From Patescibacteria group bacterium (GTDB taxonomy: Bacteria > Patescibacteriota > Patescibacteriia > UBA1558 > GWA2-36-10), in NCBI GenBank assembly GCA_018819405.1, contig JAHJQF010000001.1, positions 907,377 to 971,376 on the forward strand: a stretch of 64,000 nucleotides of DNA, in the 5' to 3' direction. This document shows, piece after piece, positions 30,356-40,146 of this stretch. The stretch's first letter is position 1, and every line of letters begins with the position of its first letter. The notes under the pieces were generated by a model. That model worked only from the letters and a program-made list of their open reading frames with translations, was not told the origin of the DNA and made no database searches. The translations under genes were made by a program, and so were the position numbers.

Positions 30356-31075
30356 TTATTTATTGATTTTATCTTTTTTAACTGGCTTATGATTATCAGT
30401 TTTTCTTACTTCATTTTTATTATCAATTACCTTGACTGACCTCTTCCTAGAAGCATCAACAGCTTTTGGTACAAATGATTGCAGTGCCTCGATAGTAGCT
30501 TTAGCATTGTTTATTTTGTTGTTGGTGCCCAAAATTTTGGCAACTACATCTTTGATACCAGCCAACTCCAAAACAATACGAACAACACCACCAGCTTTGA
30601 TACCACTACCAGCTTTAGCTGGTCTAATCATTATATTGGCCGAATTTTGTCTGATATTTACCTGATGAGGAATAGTGCCTTCTATAATAGGTACTTCAAA
30701 CATATTTTTTCTGGCTTTGGAGACAGCTTTGGAAATTGCCTGAGATACATCCACTCCCTTGGCAATACCAACGCCTACTTTACCTTTTTTATCACCAATA
30801 ATCATAGTGGCCCTAAACTTCATACGTTTGCCACCAGCCATTACACGAGTAACACGAGCCAAGTCAACTATCTTCTGTTCAAAATCATCAGCCGGCTTGT
30901 CTGACCTCTTTCTGGTCTTTGGGCCACGTTTATTACCGAAGTTTCGTTTACCACGATTAGCCCCTCTTTTATCTGAACCAACAAAATTTTGACCTCTAGA
31001 TTCAGGCTGACTCTTTTTTTCTATTGTTTGATTACCCTCGACTTTACTCGGGGTCTTTGATTTATCATCTACCAT
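30356..31075 (-). CDS. rpsE: 30S ribosomal protein S5 with long terminal extensions
   Basis: RVTRVMAGGKRMKFRA, PAKAGSGIKAGG. Confidence 0.97.
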   Translation of the reverse strand: MVDDKSKTPSKVEGNQTIEKKSQPESRGQNFVGSDKRGANRGKRNFGNKRGPKTRKRSDKPADDFEQKIVDLARVTRVMAGGKRMKFRATMIIGDKKGKVGVGIAKGVDVSQAISKAVSKARKNMFEVPIIEGTIPHQVNIRQNSANIMIRPAKAGSGIKAGGVVRIVLELAGIKDVVAKILGTNNKINNAKATIEALQSFVPKAVDASRKRSVKVIDNKNEVRKTDNHKPVKKDKINK

Positions 31076-31078
31076 ATT

Positions 31079-31435
31079 TTAAAATTTTACACCTGATTTT
31101 CTGATGCCTTCAGCTAGAGCCTTGACTCTACCATGATATTTATAAGCACCTTTATCAAAAACTATTTTATCAATTTTTTTGTCCATCAATTTTTTGCCAA
31201 TAGCTTCACCTACCAAAGCAGCTTTTTCAGTCTTATTACCCTTGGCCTTGATTTCTTTATCACTGATAGCCGTCAAAGTCTTGCCAGCTATATCATCAAT
31301 AGCTTGAGCACTAATGTGCATCAAACTTCTAAAAACTGACAATCGTGGTTTTTCTGGAGTACCTGTCATTTTGACACGAGTACGACGCTGTCTTCTGATA
31401 AATTTATCTTTTTTTAATTTGGCTTTATCTTTCAT
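31079..31435 (-). CDS. rplR: 50S ribosomal protein L18
   Basis: PRLSVFRS, FDKGAYKYHGRVKALA. Confidence 0.97.
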   Translation of the reverse strand: MKDKAKLKKDKFIRRQRRTRVKMTGTPEKPRLSVFRSLMHISAQAIDDIAGKTLTAISDKEIKAKGNKTEKAALVGEAIGKKLMDKKIDKIVFDKGAYKYHGRVKALAEGIRKSGVKF

Positions 31436-31544
31436 CCCGTTAGAAATTACTTTTGTAAAATATCTAATTGTTCTTTATATATTATCTAAATATACTTTTC
31501 CTAATTTATTACTCCCGTTGTCTATCATCTAATTTCTATAGGGA
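31435..31544. mobile_element. Degenerate MITE-like hairpin element abutting the rplR start codon
   Basis: TCCCGTTAGAAATTA...TAATTTCTATAGGGA. Confidence 0.7.
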
Positions 31545-31547
31545 ATA

Positions 31548-32102
31548 TTATGATTTGACAACCTTACCAGCTTTTCTTCTGATTTGCTCGTCAACATACT
31601 TTATACCCTTTCCTTTATAAGGTTCTGGTTTTTTAATTGATCTGATTTCTGCCGCAGTCTGCCCAACTAACTGTTTATCAATTCCAATAATTTTAATCCG
31701 GTTTTTCTCTACTTCGGCACTAATCCTTTCTGGCAACGGATAATTTACCGGGTGAGAAAAGCCTACATTTAAAACAAGATTTTTACCCTGCAAAGCCACC
31801 TTGAAACCAACTCCATTTATTTCCAGTTCTTTAGAAAAACCTTCAGTAACTCCTAATACTGCATTTTGTACCAAAGTACGACTCAGGCCCCAAAGAGCTT
31901 TTTCTTGTCCGGAATCAGGATTGTTTACAGAAAAAATTATCTGGTCATTTTCTGATTTGACTGAAACGCCTTTTGGCAAATCAACACTCAAGTTGCCCTT
32001 TGGGCCCTTGATTGCTACTTGGGCATTACCCAAATCATTGGTGCTAACCTTTACTTCTACACCTTTGGTTATTTCAATTGGTTTTTTTCCTACTCTTGAC
32101 AT
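31548..32102 (-). CDS. rplF: 50S ribosomal protein L6
   Basis: MSRVGKKPI, PEPYKGKGI. Confidence 0.98.
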   Translation of the reverse strand: MSRVGKKPIEITKGVEVKVSTNDLGNAQVAIKGPKGNLSVDLPKGVSVKSENDQIIFSVNNPDSGQEKALWGLSRTLVQNAVLGVTEGFSKELEINGVGFKVALQGKNLVLNVGFSHPVNYPLPERISAEVEKNRIKIIGIDKQLVGQTAAEIRSIKKPEPYKGKGIKYVDEQIRRKAGKVVKS

Positions 32103-32109
32103 AAAATTT

Positions 32110-32182
32110 AGTTTAAAGTTTAAAGTTTAAAGTTTCAAGTTCATATTATACAAATCTTTGAACTTTTAACTTAGAACTTTTT
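32110..32182. repeat. Heptamer-repeat hairpin (AGTTTAA)n...(AACTTTT)n
   Basis: Inverted arms filling the rpsH-rplF gap. Confidence 0.75.
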
Positions 32183-32183
32183 A

Positions 32184-32573
32184 CTACCATATTTCACACA
32201 TTAATTCTCCACCAATATTTTGGCGTCTAGCTTCTTTGTTGGTCATAATACCTTTGGAAGTTGATAGTATAGCGATACCATAACCGTTTAATACATGTGG
32301 CAATTCTTTACCAGAAGCATAAATACGTTGTCCCGGCTTAGAAATCTTTTTGATGTGACGAATAGTCGGGCCATGATTGGTATATTTTAATTCAATATTT
32401 AACTCATCAAATTTGCCGTTTTTTACTTTGGATACTTTGCCAATATAATTTTCTGATTCTAAAATTTTGGCAACATTAAATTTCAAATTTGAGTAAGGCA
32501 AAACCACCTCTGGCTTTTTGACTGCCACGGCATTCCTGATTCTTGTTAGCATGTCTGCAATAGGATCTGTCAT
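32184..32573 (-). CDS. rpsH: 30S ribosomal protein S8
   Basis: MTDPIADMLTRIRNA, STSKG, GGE. Confidence 0.98.
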   Translation of the reverse strand: MTDPIADMLTRIRNAVAVKKPEVVLPYSNLKFNVAKILESENYIGKVSKVKNGKFDELNIELKYTNHGPTIRHIKKISKPGQRIYASGKELPHVLNGYGIAILSTSKGIMTNKEARRQNIGGELMCEIW

Positions 32574-32592
32574 GTTATTTTATTTAAATTAA

Positions 32593-32778
32593 TTACCAAC
32601 TTGATTTTTTAATACCTGGGATTTCTCCCTTGTCAGCCAACTCTCTAAAACAAATACGGCATAAATCAAATTTTCTCATATAAGAACGTTGTTTACCACA
32701 TCGCCAACAGCGTCTGACGACACGTGTAGAATATTTTGGCTTTTTTTTGGATTTTACAATTTGTGCTTCTGTTGCCAT
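32593..32778 (-). CDS. rpsZ: 30S ribosomal protein S14 type Z
   Basis: RCWRCG...CRICFRELA..GEIPG zinc form. Confidence 0.96.
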   Translation of the reverse strand: MATEAQIVKSKKKPKYSTRVVRRCWRCGKQRSYMRKFDLCRICFRELADKGEIPGIKKSSW

Positions 32779-32783
32779 AGTGA

Positions 32784-33338
32784 TTATTTTTTCTTATCTT
32801 TTTTAAAAGGAAATCCCAAGGCTCTCAATAGCGCTAGATTATCCTGATTATTTTTAGCGTTACTGACTACTGTCAGTTCCATACCATGAGTTCTATCTAC
32901 ATCATCCATACTAATTTCCGGAAAAACAATGTGTTCTTTAAAACCAATGGTATAGTTACCGTGATTATCAAAACCTTTTTTCAAATCCAAACCATAGAAA
33001 TCTCTAATTCTAGGCAAGGTAATGTTGACCAGTCTTTCTAAAAAATCATACATTCTGTCTCCACGTAAAGTTACTTTAGTGCCAACTACCATTCCTTCAC
33101 GAACTTTAAAGTTGGAGATAGCCTTGCGAGCCTTATTTTTAATTGGTTTTTGTCCAGAGATTCTTTCCAAAATAGAAGTGGCAATATCAATCCATTGCTT
33201 ATCTTGAGTAGCACGTCCAATACCAATATTGAGAACTACCTTTTCTACCTTAGGCACAGCCATAATATTTTTTAGGCCTAGAGTATTTTTGAGTTCACTT
33301 CTGATCTCTTTGTTATATTTTTCTTTTAAATAAGCCAT
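32784..33338 (-). CDS. rplE: 50S ribosomal protein L5
   Basis: KVTLRG, LPRIRDF, GNYTIG. Confidence 0.98.
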   Translation of the reverse strand: MAYLKEKYNKEIRSELKNTLGLKNIMAVPKVEKVVLNIGIGRATQDKQWIDIATSILERISGQKPIKNKARKAISNFKVREGMVVGTKVTLRGDRMYDFLERLVNITLPRIRDFYGLDLKKGFDNHGNYTIGFKEHIVFPEISMDDVDRTHGMELTVVSNAKNNQDNLALLRALGFPFKKDKKK

Positions 33339-33346
33339 ATATCAAA

Positions 33347-33667
33347 TTAATCAATTACTTCTTTACATTTTTTACAAAATCTAGCCTTGGCTTTTCTGTT
33401 TTCACCAAGTTTTACGCCTACTTTGGAGGCTTTGTTGCACTTTGGACAAATCAACATTATATTGCTCAAATCAAGAGGGCCATTAAACTGAATACGTTGA
33501 CCTTTTTCTCCTTTTTTTTGAGAACGAATATGTTTGTACATTACATTTATACCTTCAACGACAATCTTTTTCATTTCTGGCAAAATTTGAATAACCTTGC
33601 CGGTTTTACCTTTGTCTTTGCCGGTAGTTACTTGTACTTTATCATTTACTTTTATCTTGATATCCAT
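33347..33667 (-). CDS. rplX: 50S ribosomal protein L24
   Basis: DKVQVTTGKDKGKTG KOW motif. Confidence 0.97.
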   Translation of the reverse strand: MDIKIKVNDKVQVTTGKDKGKTGKVIQILPEMKKIVVEGINVMYKHIRSQKKGEKGQRIQFNGPLDLSNIMLICPKCNKASKVGVKLGENRKAKARFCKKCKEVID

Positions 33668-33671
33668 ATTT

Positions 33672-34043
33672 TTATAATACCTCCGGTGCCAAGGAAATAA
33701 GTTTGGTATATCCTTTGGCTCTTAATTCACGAGCAACTGGTCCAAAAATACGAGTTCCTTTTAGCTCTTTATTTTTTTTATCTACAATAACTACAGCGTT
33801 ATCATCAAAACGGATATAAATACCGCTAGGACGACGTATTTCTTTTCTCTGTCTGACAATCACTGCGTGTAAAACCTGACCTTTTTTGACGGCGCTATGT
33901 GGCTGAGCGGATTTCACAGTAATAGTAATTAGATCACCAATACGGGCATATCTTTTTTTATAACCACCTAAAACCCTGATGCACTGTACCAATTTTGCAC
34001 CAGAATTATCAGCAACCTTTAACATGGATCTCTCTTGAATCAT
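33672..34043 (-). CDS. rplN: 50S ribosomal protein L14
   Basis: [32 protein letters not shown]. Confidence 0.98.
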   Translation of the reverse strand: MIQERSMLKVADNSGAKLVQCIRVLGGYKKRYARIGDLITITVKSAQPHSAVKKGQVLHAVIVRQRKEIRRPSGIYIRFDDNAVVIVDKKNKELKGTRIFGPVARELRAKGYTKLISLAPEVL

Positions 34044-34053
34044 ATCAGTATTG

Positions 34054-34302
34054 TTATTTTACTTTTTTAATAACACGCCATCTTTTGTCTTTGGAAAGTG
34101 GACGACATTCTTCTATCACAACTTTATCACCTGTTTTGTACTCATTTTTTTCATCATGAGCCTTGTATTTCTTGGATGACTTATATTGTTTTTTATACTT
34201 ACTGTGAGTTTTGATACTGGTGACAAGCACTACGACAGTTTTGTCCATCTTGTCACTCATTATCTCTCCTTCCAGCTTTCTTTTAGTTATTTTTTTATCC
34301 AT
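34054..34302 (-). CDS. rpsQ: 30S ribosomal protein S17
   Basis: [24 protein letters not shown]. Confidence 0.98.
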   Translation of the reverse strand: MDKKITKRKLEGEIMSDKMDKTVVVLVTSIKTHSKYKKQYKSSKKYKAHDEKNEYKTGDKVVIEECRPLSKDKRWRVIKKVK

Positions 34303-34313
34303 ATCTTAAAATA

Positions 34314-34550
34314 TTATTTCTTTTCCTCTGACACTTCTTCTTTGGCTGGAGCAACATTTTTACCCAACCTTTTTTCATTTAAAACAGTCAAAATCTTGGC
34401 AATATCTTGTTTGGCAACCCTCAAATCTCTGACTTTTTTCAATTGATTGTTGGCAATAGAAAATCTAAACTCACGGGTTTTGTTGCGCAGCTCTGCTAAT
34501 TTTTCATTTAGCTTAGCATTATCCAATTTTCTTAATTCTTTGATTTTCAT
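34314..34550 (-). CDS. rpmC: 50S ribosomal protein L29
   Basis: MKIKELR...DIAKILTVLNEK; start at 34550 (ORF-track extension lies in the hairpin element). Confidence 0.93.
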   Translation of the reverse strand: MKIKELRKLDNAKLNEKLAELRNKTREFRFSIANNQLKKVRDLRVAKQDIAKILTVLNEKRLGKNVAPAKEEVSEEKK

Positions 34551-34628
34551 CCTGTTAGAAATTATAGTGAAATTAACTCTTTGTCCTTTATTTTTAGCCC
34601 CGCCAGTAAACATAAATTTCTAACGGGA
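34550..34628. mobile_element. MITE-like hairpin element inserted in the rpmC start codon
   Basis: TCCCGTTAGAAATT...AATTTCTAACAGGA with TGAA direct repeats (34629-34632, 34546-34549). Confidence 0.8.
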
Positions 34629-34637
34629 TTCATGATT

Positions 34638-35054
34638 TTATATTAATTCTTTGCTTACAAATTTAGTCTTGACCGACAATTTATAACCAGCCAATTGCAT
34701 TGCTCTACGAGCAGTGGCCTCATCAACACCTTTCATCTCAAACATAACAGTACCTGGTTTGACTACAGCAATATAATGGTCAACTGCGCCTTTACCTTTA
34801 CCCATTGGCATTTCATTACCTTTGGCCGTAATAGGCTTGTCTGGAAAAATGCGAATATATATTTCTCCACCACGTTGGATATGACCTACCATGGCACGAC
34901 GGGCAGATTCAATTTGACGGGCTGTAACCCAACCAGTAGTCAAGCTCTTTAATCCGTATTCGCCAAAAGAAACCTTGGTCATTCGCGTTGCTTTGCCCTT
35001 GACCTTGTCTCCTCTTTGCCATTTTCTGTGTTTTACTTTCTTTGGTGCTAACAT
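34638..35054 (-). CDS. rplP: 50S ribosomal protein L16
   Basis: [23 protein letters not shown]. Confidence 0.98.
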   Translation of the reverse strand: MLAPKKVKHRKWQRGDKVKGKATRMTKVSFGEYGLKSLTTGWVTARQIESARRAMVGHIQRGGEIYIRIFPDKPITAKGNEMPMGKGKGAVDHYIAVVKPGTVMFEMKGVDEATARRAMQLAGYKLSVKTKFVSKELI

Positions 35055-35078
35055 AATTATACTAAAATTACTCTAAAA

Positions 35079-35834
35079 TTATTTCTTTTCTTTGCTTTTC
35101 CTTACGCCAGGCTTTTCCATAGATTGAACTTCAAATTTTGCCCCAAAAAGCTTGGCGCTCTTGGTAGGCACTTTGACCTTAGAGTCTGTCTTTGCTTTTT
35201 TGTCAAAGTATTCCCCTTTATAAATCCATACTTTAATACCAATTGCTCCATACATAGTCCTGGCTACACCACGACTATAATCAATGTTTGATCTCAAAGT
35301 CTGAAGAGGAATTTTTCCATCTACCAATTTTTCTCTTCTGGCAATATCAACACCATTCAACCTTCCGGCTACCATGATTTTTACTCCTTTAGCTCCGGCT
35401 TTCATGACTTTGTCAATATTTTGCTTCATTACTCTACGGAATGGTATACGTTTTTCAATATCATTTCTGATAGAATCTACCACTACGTTGGCTGATAGAT
35501 TTGGTACAGAAACTTCAGTAATGTTGATATTTAATTTAATATTCTTGTCCAAAAATTTGTCTCTGATCTTTTTCTTCAAATCTTCAATACCACTACCGCC
35601 ACGTCCGATTATTAACCCTGGCTTGGCAGCTGAGACATTGATAGTGAGTTCTCCACGGTTTCTTTCTATATCAATACGGTCAATAGAGGCATCTCTCAAA
35701 GTAACCTTCAAAAACTTTCTGATAGTAATATCCTCTTCCAAAAATTTGGCAAAATCACGACCAGCATACCAGCGAGATCTCCATTTCTCACTCATGCCCA
35801 GACGAAATACTGTTGGATTTATTTTTTTTCCCAT
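35079..35834 (-). CDS. rpsC: 30S ribosomal protein S3
   Basis: MGKKINP, KPGLIIGRGG, GRLNG, PLQTLRSNIDY. Confidence 0.98.
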   Translation of the reverse strand: MGKKINPTVFRLGMSEKWRSRWYAGRDFAKFLEEDITIRKFLKVTLRDASIDRIDIERNRGELTINVSAAKPGLIIGRGGSGIEDLKKKIRDKFLDKNIKLNINITEVSVPNLSANVVVDSIRNDIEKRIPFRRVMKQNIDKVMKAGAKGVKIMVAGRLNGVDIARREKLVDGKIPLQTLRSNIDYSRGVARTMYGAIGIKVWIYKGEYFDKKAKTDSKVKVPTKSAKLFGAKFEVQSMEKPGVRKSKEKK

Positions 35835-35838
35835 ACTA

Positions 35839-36363
35839 TTAACCTTTTTTTACTTTACTATTATCTTTGGCCTTACCCATTTTGGTTTCTTTGAATGATT
35901 TCTTTTCTTCTTTTGGCTTGGCGCTCTTTTTATTATCAACTTTAGTTGTTGGTTTCTTATCAGTTTTTGTCAGATCAACAGTCTCAACTTCTTCTTTCTT
36001 TTTGTCTTTTAGAGTTGCTTTGACACCTTCTTTGGTGACAAGCATAATCTCTACATGAGAAGAATGTTTTTTATATGGATGAGCGCGTCCAAAAGCCGCT
36101 GGCTTCCAACGTTTCAAATCAACACCTTGATTTACAATGATGCTTTTGATACGTAAATCTTCTTCCTTTACATCGTATCTATCAATAGCGTTGGCTACTG
36201 CTGATTTTAGAAGCTTACTGATTATAGGAGCTGATCTTTTAAATGTAACCGGTAATTTCTCAAAAGCTTCAGTGACAGTTAAGCCACGTACAAGATCAGC
36301 CACCAAACGCATTTTCTTTGGTGAAATCCTGACATGTTTCAATTTTGCTTTTACTTCAACCAT
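35839..36363 (-). CDS. rplV: 50S ribosomal protein L22 with basic C-terminal extension
   Basis: ISPKKMRLVADLVRG, LKSAVANA. Confidence 0.97.
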   Translation of the reverse strand: MVEVKAKLKHVRISPKKMRLVADLVRGLTVTEAFEKLPVTFKRSAPIISKLLKSAVANAIDRYDVKEEDLRIKSIIVNQGVDLKRWKPAAFGRAHPYKKHSSHVEIMLVTKEGVKATLKDKKKEEVETVDLTKTDKKPTTKVDNKKSAKPKEEKKSFKETKMGKAKDNSKVKKG

Positions 36364-36392
36364 ATTTGTATATTGTCTTTTTTAAAATTATT

Positions 36393-36677
36393 TTATTTGG
36401 CCTTGGACTGTGTCTTTGCCATTTTACCACCATGAGAAATAAATTTTCTGGTTGGAGAAAATTCTCCCAAATGATGACCGACCATATTTTCTATTACATA
36501 AACATTTATATGATCCTTGCCATTATGGACTGCGAAAGTAAAACCTACCATCTCAGGAGTAATAACTGAAGACCTTGACCAAGTTTTAATTGGTTTAGTG
36601 CTTTCTGGTTTTTTGCCCTCTAATTTTTTGAGCAATTTGGGATCAGTAAATGGTCCTTTTTTTAAACTTCTTGACAT
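36393..36677 (-). CDS. rpsS: 30S ribosomal protein S19
   Basis: [26 protein letters not shown]. Confidence 0.98.
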   Translation of the reverse strand: MSRSLKKGPFTDPKLLKKLEGKKPESTKPIKTWSRSSVITPEMVGFTFAVHNGKDHINVYVIENMVGHHLGEFSPTRKFISHGGKMAKTQSKAK

Positions 36678-36684
36678 AACTTAT

Positions 36685-37539
36685 TTAATTTACTTTTCTA
36701 CGAGTCTTTGATGGACGACGTTTTACAATTAAATGATCGGAAAGCCTATTTTTCTTTCTTGTCTTGACACCATAGGCTGGTTTACCTTTGTAGGTTTTAG
36801 GATGTTTCATACCAATTGGGTTACTTCCTTCACCACCACCATGAGGGTGATCTACCGGATTCATAACCTTACCACGAACAGTTGGTTTGATACCCATATG
36901 ACGTTTACGTCCAGCTTTACCTACTCTTACATTTCTGGCTTCTGGATTACTCGGCACACCAATAGTGGCCATACAGTCTGCCGATACAAATCTGACCTCA
37001 CCACTTGGCATTTTGAGTTGTGCTTTGCCTTCAAAAATAGCCATCAGCACCAATCCATTACCAGCGCTTCTAGCCAACTGACCGCCTTTGGCTGGTGACA
37101 TTTCTACATTATAGACAGTCGTACCAGTTGGTATATTTTTCAAATTTAATCTATTACCTATTTTGATACTAATTTTCTTTTGTGAAGAGATTACTTTATC
37201 GCCGACTTTCAAACCATCGGGGGCTAAAATATATCTTCTTTCGCCATCTGGATAAAGCACCAAGGCAATATTAGCATTTCTGTTTGGGTCATACTCCAAA
37301 TGTTCTACTTTGGCTGGCATATCAAATTTTTCTCTCTTGAAATCAACCAATCTAATCATCCTTTTGGCTCCGCCGCCTTTGTGCCTAACTGAAATTTTGC
37401 CCTGGTTGTTACGTCCAGAATATTTTTTTCTTTTGGTAACCAAATATCTCTCAGGACGTTTCTTGGATAATTCCTTATTGATTACTACGCTAGTCCTACG
37501 ACGAGCTGGAGTGGTTGGTTTGTAAACTTTAATTGGCAT
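36685..37539 (-). CDS. rplB: 50S ribosomal protein L2
   Basis: [21 protein letters not shown]. Confidence 0.99.
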   Translation of the reverse strand: MPIKVYKPTTPARRRTSVVINKELSKKRPERYLVTKRKKYSGRNNQGKISVRHKGGGAKRMIRLVDFKREKFDMPAKVEHLEYDPNRNANIALVLYPDGERRYILAPDGLKVGDKVISSQKKISIKIGNRLNLKNIPTGTTVYNVEMSPAKGGQLARSAGNGLVLMAIFEGKAQLKMPSGEVRFVSADCMATIGVPSNPEARNVRVGKAGRKRHMGIKPTVRGKVMNPVDHPHGGGEGSNPIGMKHPKTYKGKPAYGVKTRKKNRLSDHLIVKRRPSKTRRKVN

Positions 37540-37550
37540 GATTAGATATA

Positions 37551-37976
37551 TTAAATTCCTTCATAAAGCTTGATACTGTCACCTTTTTTCAAAGTAACAA
37601 TAGCTTTTTTTGTGTCACTTTTGCGACCAAATTTTCGACCAAAGCGGACACTCTTACCTTTTTGATTAACAATATTTACGCTTACCGGAATTACTCCATA
37701 AGCTTCTTCAATTGCTTTTTTTATTTGTACTTTGTTGGAAAATCCGGCTACTTCAAAAGTATATTTGTTTAAAGATGCACCAATAGTAGCTTTTTCAGAA
37801 ATAACGGGTTTAATAAGTACACGATAGGCAGCCTTGGCAACTTTATTGTCAACAGCCCTAGCTACTTTACCAATATCTTTTTTGACATTGTCACTTTTTT
37901 TGACAACCGTCTTTTTTTCTGGTTTTTTATCAGCCTCTTTTTTGGCTTCGGTATTTTTTTTATTAAATAATCCCAT
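37551..37976 (-). CDS. rplW: 50S ribosomal protein L23 with N-terminal extension
   Basis: [24 protein letters not shown]; start set at MGLFNKK just after rplD stop. Confidence 0.95.
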   Translation of the reverse strand: MGLFNKKNTEAKKEADKKPEKKTVVKKSDNVKKDIGKVARAVDNKVAKAAYRVLIKPVISEKATIGASLNKYTFEVAGFSNKVQIKKAIEEAYGVIPVSVNIVNQKGKSVRFGRKFGRKSDTKKAIVTLKKGDSIKLYEGI

Positions 37977-37977
37977 A

Positions 37978-38616
37978 TTATTTCTTGTAATGCTCAACCA
38001 CTTTTTTTAGTAGCTCCTTATTAACAATCAAATATTCTCTTTTTAACAAATCAACAACATTTAAACTGCCAAAATTGATAGTGTCTACTTTAGTCAAATT
38101 CTTAGCAGCCTTAACTAAATTTTCCTGAGCGTTTTTGGTAATTACTAATACTGATTTTCCTTTGATAGGCAGTGCATCCAAGGAAGATTTCAGACTCTTG
38201 GTCTTGGCTTCTGGTAAATTATATGAATCTACCAAAACTAATTTTTCATTTTTTACCTTATCAGATAAAACCATTGCCAAAGCTTTGCTTTTTACTTTCT
38301 TATTCACTTTGACGGAAAAATTACGTTCTTTAGTAGGACCAAAAGTGATACCACCACCTACCCACAACGGGGAACGGATAGAACCGTGACGAGCACGACC
38401 AGTGCCTTTTTGACGCCATGGTTTTTTACCACCACCTCTGACTTCAGCTCTACCTTTGGTATGAGCCAAAACCTGACGAGCGTTTTTCTCTTGGGCAATT
38501 ACCACTTCCTGAACCAAAACCGGATCCAATTCTAATCCAAACAATGCTGGATCAAGTGACTCGGTACCAACTTCTTTTCCTTTGAAATCGTATAATTTTA
38601 CTTTAATATCTGCCAT
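37978..38616 (-). CDS. rplD: 50S ribosomal protein L4
   Basis: KPWRQKGTGRARHGS. Confidence 0.98.
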   Translation of the reverse strand: MADIKVKLYDFKGKEVGTESLDPALFGLELDPVLVQEVVIAQEKNARQVLAHTKGRAEVRGGGKKPWRQKGTGRARHGSIRSPLWVGGGITFGPTKERNFSVKVNKKVKSKALAMVLSDKVKNEKLVLVDSYNLPEAKTKSLKSSLDALPIKGKSVLVITKNAQENLVKAAKNLTKVDTINFGSLNVVDLLKREYLIVNKELLKKVVEHYKK

Positions 38617-38642
38617 ATTATTATCCTGAATTTATTGAAGGA

Positions 38643-39506
38643 TTATTTCTTTTCCCCCTCGACTTCGCTCAGGGTCTTTGATTCTTTATTTTCTGCTATA
38701 TTATCAGCCTGAATTTTAGTTGAAGGTTCTTCTTCGGCCTTTGGTTCTTCCCCTTCGGTCTTGCTCGGGGTTTCTGATTTTACTTCTTTTGGTTTATCCT
38801 CAGCTAGTTTATCTTCTTTGACTTCACTATCCTGTTTAGCCTCAACTGGCTGTTCTTTAACTTCTTCTTTGACAGCCTTTGATTCTGCAAATTTGATATC
38901 ACCATCAGCTAAAATAAATACTAAAGCATTTCTTCCACCTGGAACTGCTCCTTTTATATATAAAAGGTTTTTATCATTATCTACTTCTACCAACTCTAGA
39001 TTAGCTACGGTCACTGTATCACCACCCATACGACCACCCATACGAGTACCTTTAAAAACTCTAGCTGAATCAGTGGCGCCGATAGAACCTGGCATCCTCA
39101 ATTGGTCTTTATGACCATGACTAGCTGGTGAACCGTGAAAACCATGACGCTTAACAACGCCTTGGAAGCCTTTTCCTTTGGATGTAGAAGTAATTTTCAA
39201 TTTATCACCAGCTTCAAAGCTAGTAAGATCTATTACTTTGCCTCTTTCAAAACCTTCTGCATTTTCTAACCTAAATTCTTTCAAGTATCTAAAAGTATTT
39301 AAACCTTTTAGATGACCTGCCATTGGTTTATTTGCTTTTTTCTTGGTGCCAAAGCCTAACTGAACAGCTTGATAGCCGTCCTTTTCACCTTTTACCTGGA
39401 CAACTGTACATGGTCCAGCTTCTACTACAGTGACTGGGACAACACGGCCGTCTTGGCTAAACTTTTGGCTCATATTCAATTTTTTTCCTAAAATAAACTT
39501 GGCCAT
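38643..39506 (-). CDS. rplC: 50S ribosomal protein L3 with acidic C-terminal extension
   Basis: SKGKGFQGVVKRHGF, PGSIG, KGAVPG. Confidence 0.98.
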   Translation of the reverse strand: MAKFILGKKLNMSQKFSQDGRVVPVTVVEAGPCTVVQVKGEKDGYQAVQLGFGTKKKANKPMAGHLKGLNTFRYLKEFRLENAEGFERGKVIDLTSFEAGDKLKITSTSKGKGFQGVVKRHGFHGSPASHGHKDQLRMPGSIGATDSARVFKGTRMGGRMGGDTVTVANLELVEVDNDKNLLYIKGAVPGGRNALVFILADGDIKFAESKAVKEEVKEQPVEAKQDSEVKEDKLAEDKPKEVKSETPSKTEGEEPKAEEEPSTKIQADNIAENKESKTLSEVEGEKK

Positions 39507-39709
39507 ATAATTTAATCTTTGTTAAATAAAATCGCGACTTTATTCTCAAAAAATTTAAGGACAAAATCGCGACTACTATACAAAATGATAGTAAATTGTC
39601 TGATTTGTTTATTTTGCGATTTTTAATCCTTCTAGAACACTATATCTATCTGTGTACTTCCTTAATAATAGGGTTGCACGGACAAATATAATTTTCTTAA
39701 TTTCGTTAC

Positions 39710-39730
39710 ACCCCGAGCGAAGTCGAGGGG
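39710..39730. repeat. CCCCGAGCGAAGTCGAGGGG mini-palindrome
   Basis: Directly after rpsJ stop; variants inside rplC, rpsE and at about 56860. Confidence 0.7.
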
Positions 39731-40069
39731 TTACATTTTTATTTCTAAATCTACACCAGCTGGCAAATTCAAATTTTGCAAAGCATCAATAGTCTGTGAG
39801 GTTGGGTTGATTATATCCAGCAGCCTCTTATGAACCCTCATTTCATATTGGTCACGAGCATCTTTGTGGACAAAAGTTGATCTAAGCACTGTAAACTTTT
39901 TCTTTTCAGTTGGCAGTGGGATAGGACCAATCACTTTTGCACCACTACGATCAACAGTATCAATAATAGTCTTGGTAGACTGATCAATGATTTTGTGGTC
40001 ATAGGCTCTGATTTTGATACGAATCCTAGACTGAATTTCTTCTTTTACTTCTTTATCTTTGGCTGACAT
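39731..40069 (-). CDS. rpsJ: 30S ribosomal protein S10
   Basis: [25 protein letters not shown]. Confidence 0.98.
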   Translation of the reverse strand: MSAKDKEVKEEIQSRIRIKIRAYDHKIIDQSTKTIIDTVDRSGAKVIGPIPLPTEKKKFTVLRSTFVHKDARDQYEMRVHKRLLDIINPTSQTIDALQNLNLPAGVDLEIKM

Positions 40070-40113
40070 TTAATTTGTACGAATTAAATTTACTTAAATG
40101 GACAATTTTATAA

Positions 40114-40140
40114 CCCAGCCCCTCGCGAGGGGCTGGGAAA
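40114..40140 (-). terminator. Hairpin after tuf
   Basis: CCCAGCCCCTCGCGAGGGGCTGGG. Confidence 0.65.
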
Positions 40141-40146
40141 ATAAAT

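Noticed and set aside
34551-34613. N-terminal extension of L29 in the ORF track (similarly 2423-2458 for GT4)
   Set aside because: Derived from the inserted hairpin element; family-like sequence starts at 34550 and 2422
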